Assembly: GCA_018826885.1 (NCBI GenBank)
Contig: JAHJYN010000123.1
Span: forward strand, 1-43,722
Source of the DNA: Alphaproteobacteria bacterium
GTDB lineage: Bacteria > Pseudomonadota > Alphaproteobacteria > Caulobacterales > Caulobacteraceae
Length of the DNA: 43,722 bases
Direction: 5' to 3'
In this document: positions 37,045-43,722 of the stretch, one piece after another
How the letters are laid out: each line of letters begins with the position of its first letter
How positions within the stretch are numbered: position 1 is the stretch's first letter
Translations under genes and position numbers: made by a program
The notes under the pieces: model-generated
The model's database searches: none
What the model saw: only the letters and a program-made list of their open reading frames with translations
What the model was told of the DNA's origin: nothing

Positions 37045-37994
37045 TGGCCGTTGCTCCTTTTTTCATCGTGGGTTGCGGTCGGTCCGGGACCACCCTGCTC
37101 AAGTCGATCGTGTCGGCGCATCCCGCGCTTTTCGTGATGCCTGAGACTTTCTTCTTCAGAAGCATCTCTCCAAATATTCCCCGCTGCGGATTAGAGCCGT
37201 GGCGCGCTGCATCGGGTTGGTGGCTCGCGGATATGGGCATTACTCCGGACGGCCTCGAACCGGCCGTGAAGGCGAGAATGGCCTCAGGCGCCTCTAGGGA
37301 ATGCTCTGTGCTTGGGGCGATATTCGACTTTCACGCAGCCGCGAACCCTGGCGTGGCAATCGGCGAAAAGACGCCCGACCATGTCAATCACATTGCGCGC
37401 ATCCGCCAGTGCTTTCCGAACGCCAAGATCATACAGATCATCCGCGACCCGCGTGCGGTTGTCGCGTCGTTTCGAAAAGTCAAAGTGGGTTCGAACGCCA
37501 TTGCCGACATCACGGCGGAATGGGCGCGAACTGAAGAGATTCTCGAGCTTAACACTGATAGCAATCAGTTCCTCGCATTGCGCTACGAAGACTTGGTATC
37601 CAATCCGGAAGCGCAGATCCGCGAGGTTTGCGCGTTCCTTGGCGTTGAGTGGACAACGAAGGTGTTGAATTTTCACAGTCGCAAGGACGCCAATTATGCG
37701 CCAGAACAGGCGCATCACGAGAACACTCGAAAGCCGTTGTTCTCCGACAGTGTAAATAGCTGGCGAGATGTGTTGTCCCCCAATGAGGTTGGACTGATTG
37801 AATCGGCGCTGAGTGCCGGCATGCAGAGGCAAGGCTATTCGCTGGAGGGCGGCAAGGTGGCTTTACCATCCCTGCAGATGGGACTTAGCCGGTTGGGCGG
37901 GCTCGCGCACCGATTCCTCGTGCGGATTCCGAGGCAACGAATTAAGGCTGTCAAAGCGCGAAGGCGCCTTGCTCGTGAAAGCTCACGGGGATGA
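37044..37994 (+). CDS. Sulfotransferase 3
   Basis: PFFIVGCGRSGTTLL...HP....PET, GEKTP, FP.AKII.IIRDPR.V..S, LRYEDLV.NPE....VC.FLG. Confidence 0.92.
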   Translation: MAVAPFFIVGCGRSGTTLLKSIVSAHPALFVMPETFFFRSISPNIPRCGLEPWRAASGWWLADMGITPDGLEPAVKARMASGASRECSVLGAIFDFHAAANPGVAIGEKTPDHVNHIARIRQCFPNAKIIQIIRDPRAVVASFRKVKVGSNAIADITAEWARTEEILELNTDSNQFLALRYEDLVSNPEAQIREVCAFLGVEWTTKVLNFHSRKDANYAPEQAHHENTRKPLFSDSVNSWRDVLSPNEVGLIESALSAGMQRQGYSLEGGKVALPSLQMGLSRLGGLAHRFLVRIPRQRIKAVKARRRLARESSRG

Positions 37995-39559
37995 ACGCGC
38001 TTTTCCGCGCCGAGCGCGGCAGAATCCTGTCGAACTACGCGCAGCTGTTTGGCGGTCTCCTGATCGGGCTTCTTGTTACGCGCATGCTGTTGGGCGCCGG
38101 GGAGCAGTTATTCGGCGTTTATATTACGATCACGGTCGGCATGGGTGTTTCGATCATGCTGACCGAACTGATGCGCATGGGGTTTGTCCCCGTGCTGGGC
38201 GCCAGTGTTTTCCAAGGAAAAGTCGTCGACATTCCGGAGTTTCGCGACGACCTCTTCGCCGCCTTCGTGATCTCAATTTGTGCTGCGATCCTTGGCGCCG
38301 GAACCATGGTGCTGCTTGGCGTCTGGCTGCTTTCGGATCTGGCTTCGCCCGCGCTGGAGAGGGCGGCCTGGACGTTTCTCTGGCTCAGGATCGCGATGAT
38401 GGGCGCCATCGTCTCTCTGACACCAGCTATGGCCGTGCTTCTCGTCAGCGGAAGACAACCCTTGTTCAATTTCTTCCTGTTTTTGGAAAGGCTAAGCGAA
38501 TTCGCGGGCGTTGCGATTCCATTGTGGCTGCTCACAGGGGCAAACTATTCTGAAGCTGATCGTTTGGCGCAGATCGGAATCGGCATTGCCGCGCTGACCG
38601 TTGCGACCTACCTCGTGGCCACGGTGGCTGCGTTTGCACCGGGACCGGAGTTCCGTCCGCGGTTGAGAATGCCGCGACCGAGCGTCATCCGCCTCATGCT
38701 GAAACGGATCGGATGGAGCAGCCTGCAAACAATCTCCATGAACATGTATGTGCGACTTGACGTGCTGATCGTGGCAGCCTTCCTCGGACCGGTCGGAACC
38801 GTCGCGCTTGGCGTCGCCATTCGCTTGATGGGATATGTGCGGCAGGCCACGATCGGATTGGTGAACGGGCTGGATGCGACATTCGCCAATCTTCACGGAC
38901 AGAAGCGCCGCAAAAGGGGTCAGGATGATGAAGGCCGGGAAACGTCGCTACGGCTCCTTGCCATGTCCACCTCCTTGCAGGGAGGCGTCGTATTCCAGCT
39001 GGGCGTTCTACTATTGATGCTCAGGGAAGACATCGTGCAGCTCTGGATCGGTGATCTCTTGGGGGGAGCGGGTCTGGCCAGTTCGGTCAATGAGATCGCG
39101 GCCTTGTCCAGCCTTATGATCATCGGCATCGGGTTCCGGAGCCTGAACCTGGGCTGGATGACGGCAATGACCGGAAGCGGAAACGCAAGGCATTTCACGC
39201 CATGGTTGCTGCCTGGAGCGCTGGGCAATGTCGTGATCCTTTTGGCCTGGGCCTATCTATGGCCTAAGACCTTCTCGGTTATGTCTGTCGGGTGGGTATT
39301 TCTCGCTTTGCAAGCGATCACCCATGTCTTCATTATCCCGATTGTCAGCGCTCGCTCGTTCAACTGTAAAGTATTGCATCTTGTAAGACCGCTCTTGTTG
39401 CCTCTCATACTAGCCGCCGTGACCTGTGGCGTTGCGCTGGGCTTAAAGGCACTTCTCGCCGATCTTCCGAAAGGGTGGAACGCCGTTGGGGTAGTGATTG
39501 CAGTCTCTGCGGGCTTTGCGCTGAGCTTGTTGATGACGCTTCGTCAAAGGCCCACTTGA
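37991..39559 (+). CDS. wzx: Oligosaccharide flippase (Wzx/MOP family)
   Basis: 522 aa with many TMs, LG...FGVY, D.LIV..FLG, LWIG; position in the cluster. Confidence 0.75.
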   Translation: MNALFRAERGRILSNYAQLFGGLLIGLLVTRMLLGAGEQLFGVYITITVGMGVSIMLTELMRMGFVPVLGASVFQGKVVDIPEFRDDLFAAFVISICAAILGAGTMVLLGVWLLSDLASPALERAAWTFLWLRIAMMGAIVSLTPAMAVLLVSGRQPLFNFFLFLERLSEFAGVAIPLWLLTGANYSEADRLAQIGIGIAALTVATYLVATVAAFAPGPEFRPRLRMPRPSVIRLMLKRIGWSSLQTISMNMYVRLDVLIVAAFLGPVGTVALGVAIRLMGYVRQATIGLVNGLDATFANLHGQKRRKRGQDDEGRETSLRLLAMSTSLQGGVVFQLGVLLLMLREDIVQLWIGDLLGGAGLASSVNEIAALSSLMIIGIGFRSLNLGWMTAMTGSGNARHFTPWLLPGALGNVVILLAWAYLWPKTFSVMSVGWVFLALQAITHVFIIPIVSARSFNCKVLHLVRPLLLPLILAAVTCGVALGLKALLADLPKGWNAVGVVIAVSAGFALSLLMTLRQRPT

Positions 39560-40879
39560 ATGACGTACAATGTGGCCCACCAACGGGGCGGATCGTCGCC
39601 TAACATGACCCTGCGAGGGGTGAGCGGAGTGCTGGCAACCTCTGCCGTGCTGCTCGCGCCGTTTACCTGGAGCTATATTGGATCGATCGGCGGCGTTTTG
39701 ATCCGCGCGGTCGATATATTGTTGCTGATGTCGCTCCTGGTCATGGCCCTAAGGCTTCGGCTGGCGATTTTGCCCATTCTTGTGCCTGCCTGCTTGTTCG
39801 GATTGATCTGCCTGAGCTTCCTGCGGGCGATAATTCACAACGACCCGGAGTCGACGGTTTCGGCCCTTAAGATCGGCTACTATCTGATTTCAGTGCTGGT
39901 TCTGGCGACAACTTTCCGGGAAATGGCAAGCAACCGCGACCATAAATCCATTCTGTATGCGCTACTTTTGGTTTCACCTATCCTGATCATATTTCTGATC
40001 GGGGTGGGAGAAATTTTCCTTAACTTGCTGCAATCACGATCACTTTTGAGCATGTCGCAGGTCATGTTCCGGGGCTGGAACGAACTGTTTTCACAAAACC
40101 TGTTTGGGGTCTCTGATTTCCGTCAGGTCGTGGGGGTCGAGTTTCGCAATTCGGCCGGGATGGCCTTCATGGTCGCAGCCCTCTTCTTCTTTATGTGGGA
40201 TGGAAAGATCAATCGAGCTACGACCATTATACTGATGGTCATCGCGGCGATGATGTTCTCACGATCAGTTTGGTTGATTCAGCTTTTATTCTTCGCCCTA
40301 GTGATTCTGCGCGGACGAGGTGCCAGCCGCGCCGCATGGCTGTTTGTCATACTGTGCGGTGCGGTCGCGGCCTTCCTCGCTCCGGCATTCAACGAGGCTC
40401 TTTCAGATCGCATTAATTCGCCCCTAGGCCGATCCGAGATGCTCGACGCCGCACTGAGCGAGTTCAACTCGTCCGTCCTTTTCGGTAGAGCCGAGGGGGC
40501 ACGGGTCGTTCTGGGCGATGGTGAATACAATGACGTGCACAACGTGCCGCTAGCTTTCGCACTGAAAACCGGGATCCTCGGCTTTCTGCTATCCGTGACT
40601 ATCGCATTAAGCTTCCTCGCGACTGCGGTCTCCCGGACAGTTCTGCTGTTCTCCCGCAAGCCGGTCGATCATAAGCGAACGATCGTAGTGATCCTGTTGT
40701 CGACCATCTTGTTTGTGCGACCGCTGGTCTCTGCCAGCCACGACATCTATTTCTCTATCGGCGAGTGGTGTGCACTGGCGATACTCCTGGCGTTGCAGAA
40801 AGAGTTGGGTTGCCAGCGTCGTATGCAGGCGGCCCAAATTGCACAGCCCGCGGTAAGCAGGGGGCATCGTCAGCGGTAA
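39560..40879 (+). CDS. wzy: Repeat-unit polymerase Wzy (putative)
   Basis: About 10-11 TMs, FSRS, R...FG...VHN..L......G.LG Wzy_C-like loop, directly after wzx, low GC. Confidence 0.68.
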   Translation: MTYNVAHQRGGSSPNMTLRGVSGVLATSAVLLAPFTWSYIGSIGGVLIRAVDILLLMSLLVMALRLRLAILPILVPACLFGLICLSFLRAIIHNDPESTVSALKIGYYLISVLVLATTFREMASNRDHKSILYALLLVSPILIIFLIGVGEIFLNLLQSRSLLSMSQVMFRGWNELFSQNLFGVSDFRQVVGVEFRNSAGMAFMVAALFFFMWDGKINRATTIILMVIAAMMFSRSVWLIQLLFFALVILRGRGASRAAWLFVILCGAVAAFLAPAFNEALSDRINSPLGRSEMLDAALSEFNSSVLFGRAEGARVVLGDGEYNDVHNVPLAFALKTGILGFLLSVTIALSFLATAVSRTVLLFSRKPVDHKRTIVVILLSTILFVRPLVSASHDIYFSIGEWCALAILLALQKELGCQRRMQAAQIAQPAVSRGHRQR

Positions 40880-40887
40880 CCCATGGC

Positions 40888-40910
40888 GGAGCTTTCTCAG
40901 CAGAAGCTCC
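40888..40910 (+). terminator. Possible terminator hairpin after wzy
   Basis: GGAGCTT(T)CT-CAGC-AGAAGCTCC, 9 bp with one bulge; weak U tract. Confidence 0.35.
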
Positions 40911-41040
40911 TTACGGTCTTGCATCTTGGGACTCCTGTGACCCTAGCGATGCTGGTTGAACAAGTACGATTAAGCGCGATGCGCGGGCGGCCACTTGGCG
41001 GATGGTCCGAACGCACTGTCCGTTCAAGCGAGCAGGGGCC

Positions 41041-42069
41041 ATGAATTCTATCTCACTGTCCAAGATATCAACCCGCTTCCTAGTCACCGGCACCGCCGGC
41101 TTTATCGGCTTCCATCTGGCGCGCCGCCTGCTCGAGGATGGCCATCAGGTCGTCGGCGTCGACAACTTCTCGGACTATTACGACATCACGCTCAAGGACG
41201 GGCGCAATGCCATCCTCGAAGGTTATGAGGGCTTTCGGGTCGAGCGCGTCGCGCTGGAGGATGCCGAGGCCCTGAACGCCGCCTGGGAGAAGGCGAAACC
41301 CGAGGTCGTGGTCCACCTGGCGGCGCAGGCGGGCGTCCGCTACAGCATCGACCATCCGGAGGTCTATGTGGCCTCGAACCTGGTCGGCACCTTCAATGTG
41401 CTGGAATGCGCGCGCCGCCATCCGGTCAAGCACCTGCTGGCCGCCTCGACCAGCTCGGCCTATGGCGCAAATACCGAAATGCCCTTCCGCGAGACGGACA
41501 AGGCGGTGCACCCCATGACCCTGTACGCCGCCACCAAGAGCGCGACCGAGCTGATGGGCCACTCCTATGCCCACCTGTTCGGCACGCCGACCACCTTCTT
41601 CCGCTTCTTTACCGTCTATGGCCCCTGGGGCCGGCCCGACATGGCGCTGTTCAAATTCGCCAAGCTGATGCTGGAGGGCAAGCCGATCGAGGTCTACGGC
41701 CAGGGCGAGATGTCGCGCGACTTCACCTTTGTTGAGGATCTGGTCGAGGCGATCGTGCGACTGGTCGATGTGGTGCCCGGCACTGCCCCGCCGGTCGAGG
41801 GCGATACCCTGTCCCACGCGGCCCCGTTCCGGCTGGTCAACATCGGCGGCGGCAAGCCCAGCCCGCTGATGGACTATATCGCCGAGCTGGAGAAGGCGCT
41901 GGGCAAACAGGCGGACAAGCAGTTCCTGCCGATGCAGGACGGCGATGTGCCCGACACCACCGCCTCGCCCGACCTGCTGGAACGCCTGACCGGCTACAAG
42001 CCCGAAACCCCGATCAGCGTCGGCGTACCCGCCTTCGTGGGTTGGTTCAGACAGAGGTATAATTTGTAA
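41041..42069 (+). CDS. UDP-glucuronate 4-epimerase (LspL/WbgU-like SDR)
   Basis: [60 protein letters not shown]. Confidence 0.92.
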   Translation: MNSISLSKISTRFLVTGTAGFIGFHLARRLLEDGHQVVGVDNFSDYYDITLKDGRNAILEGYEGFRVERVALEDAEALNAAWEKAKPEVVVHLAAQAGVRYSIDHPEVYVASNLVGTFNVLECARRHPVKHLLAASTSSAYGANTEMPFRETDKAVHPMTLYAATKSATELMGHSYAHLFGTPTTFFRFFTVYGPWGRPDMALFKFAKLMLEGKPIEVYGQGEMSRDFTFVEDLVEAIVRLVDVVPGTAPPVEGDTLSHAAPFRLVNIGGGKPSPLMDYIAELEKALGKQADKQFLPMQDGDVPDTTASPDLLERLTGYKPETPISVGVPAFVGWFRQRYNL

Positions 42070-42154
42070 GAGGTGGGTGGGATTGATCGTCGAGCCCGCA
42101 TGTCGCGGCCTGTGAGATTGGCCAGCCGGACCGATCCACCGAGAGGGAGCCCCG

Positions 42155-43330
42155 ATGCCTAACACCCCCTTTTCGCCCTGGCCCAGCTTCAGCCCCGAGG
42201 AGGTTCAGGCCGTTGCCGACGTCGTGGCGTCGAACCGCGTCAACTACTGGACCGGCGATCGCTGCCGCACCTTTGAGACACGCTTCGCCGAATGGGCCGG
42301 CACCAAGCACGCCATTGCACTGGCCAATGGCACGGTCGCGCTGGACGTGGCGCTGAAGGCGCTGGGCATCGGGCCGGGTGACGAGGTCATCACCACCCCG
42401 CGCACCTTCCTCGCCTCCGCCTCCTGCATCGTCACGGCGGGGGCTGTGCCGGTGTTTGCCGATGTCGATCCCGACAGCCAGAATATCACCGCCGACACCA
42501 TCCGGGCTGTGATGACCGAGCGGACGAAGGCGGTCATCTGCGTCCATCTGGGCGGCATGCCGTGCGACATGGATCCGATCATGGCGCTGGCGGAAAAGCA
42601 CGACCTCAAGGTGATCGAGGACTGCGCCCAGGCCCACGGAGCCCGCTATCGCGGCCGCAGCATCGGCTCGATCGGCCATGTCGGGGCCTGGTCCTTTTGT
42701 CAGGACAAGACCATGACCACCGGCGGCGAGGGTGGCATGGTGACCACGGACGATCCCGCCCTGTGGGACTTCATGTGGTCGTACAAGGACCACGGCAAAA
42801 GCTGGGGGGGCGTCTATGAGCGCTCGCACCCGCCGGGCCCGCGACTGGTCCACGACGGCTTCGGCACCAACTGGCGCATGATCGAGATGCAGGCCGCCCT
42901 CGGCCTGATCCAGCTGGAGCGCATGGCCGGGTGGACCGCGCGCCGCACCGAGATCGCGCTGAAGCTGGCCGAGGCCTGCGCGCCGTTTCCGGTCGTGCGG
43001 GTGCCCCTGCCGCCCGAACACGTCACCCACGCCTGGTACCGGTTTTATGCCTTTGTGCAGCCAGACCATCTGGCTGAAGGCTGGACGCGCGACCGCATCA
43101 TCGAGGAGATCAATGCGCTGGGTGTGCCCTGTTTCCACGGCTCGGCGTCCGAGGTCTATCTGGAGGCGGCGTTCGACGGTACCGGCTGGCGACCGCCCCA
43201 GCGTCTGCCGGTCGCGCGCCAGCTGGGCGAGACCAGTATCGCCTTCCTGACCCATCCGACCCTCACCGACGACGAGGTGGCGAAGACGGTCGAGGCGATC
43301 CGCACCGTCCTCGGCCGGGCGTCAGCCTAA
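42155..43330 (+). CDS. DegT/DnrJ/EryC1/StrS sugar aminotransferase
   Basis: PWPSF, VNYWTG, NGTVAL, EDCAQAHGA, WSFCQDK.MTTGGEGG, GTNWRM.E.QA, HPTL. Confidence 0.93.
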   Translation: MPNTPFSPWPSFSPEEVQAVADVVASNRVNYWTGDRCRTFETRFAEWAGTKHAIALANGTVALDVALKALGIGPGDEVITTPRTFLASASCIVTAGAVPVFADVDPDSQNITADTIRAVMTERTKAVICVHLGGMPCDMDPIMALAEKHDLKVIEDCAQAHGARYRGRSIGSIGHVGAWSFCQDKTMTTGGEGGMVTTDDPALWDFMWSYKDHGKSWGGVYERSHPPGPRLVHDGFGTNWRMIEMQAALGLIQLERMAGWTARRTEIALKLAEACAPFPVVRVPLPPEHVTHAWYRFYAFVQPDHLAEGWTRDRIIEEINALGVPCFHGSASEVYLEAAFDGTGWRPPQRLPVARQLGETSIAFLTHPTLTDDEVAKTVEAIRTVLGRASA

Positions 43331-43722
43331 GCTTTCAGCCGCTGCCGCAGGGCTTCCAGCCAGACGGGCAGGGCGGCGCAGGCGATACCGGCGATGTCGG
43401 CGATCCAGTCCTTCCAGTCCGCATCGCGGCCGACATAGCTCTGGACGATCTCGATCCCGCCCCCGGCGAGGATCAACACCGCGATGAGGATCCCCCGTGG
43501 CATGCGGGGAAGGGCCAGCGACAGCAGCAGGGTCAGGACGAAGAAGGACAGGAAATGGCCGGCCTTGTCCCACGGGATCAGGCCCGGCCCGTCGCCGGGC
43601 GGCTCGAACGCCAGCCACAGGGTGGCGAGGGCGGAGACCAGCGTGGCCAGCCGGATCCCCCACAGGACGAGCGACGCGCCGGGCGAGGGCGCGTCGACAC
43701 TTGCGGCTTCAGTTTCACTCAC
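43327..43722 (-). CDS. VanZ-like membrane protein (start at or beyond window edge)
   Basis: WDKAGH..SF..L, IEIVQ..VGR.A...DWIAD..G. Confidence 0.8.
   Translation of the reverse strand: MSETEAASVDAPSPGASLVLWGIRLATLVSALATLWLAFEPPGDGPGLIPWDKAGHFLSFFVLTLLLSLALPRMPRGILIAVLILAGGGIEIVQSYVGRDADWKDWIADIAGIACAALPVWLEALRQRLKA

Noticed and set aside
42804-42810. G7 tract in the second DegT gene as a phase-variation site
   Set aside because: Too short to stand out in a high-GC genome.
1-43722. CRISPR arrays, tRNA/rRNA, IS/transposase, integrase, prophage or defence genes
   Set aside because: None recognised; intergenic gaps are short and show no repeat-spacer periodicity. A covariance-model scan would be needed to exclude small RNAs.

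Overview
High-GC alphaproteobacterial chromosome segment; gene content and protein style suggest Caulobacteraceae, probably Brevundimonas-like (inference). Almost all of it is a surface-glycan island in four blocks. (1) 1-5.5 kb: start of a secreted-protein gene at the left edge, an orphan GspC-like PDZ protein, a GH13 alpha-glucosidase, two hypotheticals and an AGE-family sugar epimerase. (2) 5.7-10.7 kb: partial legionaminic-acid pathway (legB, legH-like, legG/neuC, legI/neuB, ptmE-like). (3) 10.7-18 kb, minus strand: export module wza - PDZ/M48 peptidase - wzc - TPR/carbohydrate-binding protein - 76-aa secreted peptide - O-antigen-ligase/OTase-like protein. (4) 18.2-43.3 kb, plus strand: WbpM/PglF dehydratase, an epimerase relic, a PAPS supply unit (cysD, cysNC, TauE, cysQ), the L-FucNAc pathway (fnlABC), an initiating phosphoglycosyl transferase, a formyltransferase, two deacetylases, three sulfotransferases, two GT4s, Wzx, Wzy, a UDP-glucuronate epimerase and two DegT aminotransferases; a VanZ-like gene closes the window. 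The two best candidates for new biology are a heavily sulfated, probably N-formylated Wzy-dependent capsule, and a small peptide + ligase/OTase + protease + TPR-CBM unit that may anchor that polymer on a peptide carrier. No rRNA, tRNA, CRISPR array or IS element was recognised. All family calls come from motif recognition by eye, not database searches.
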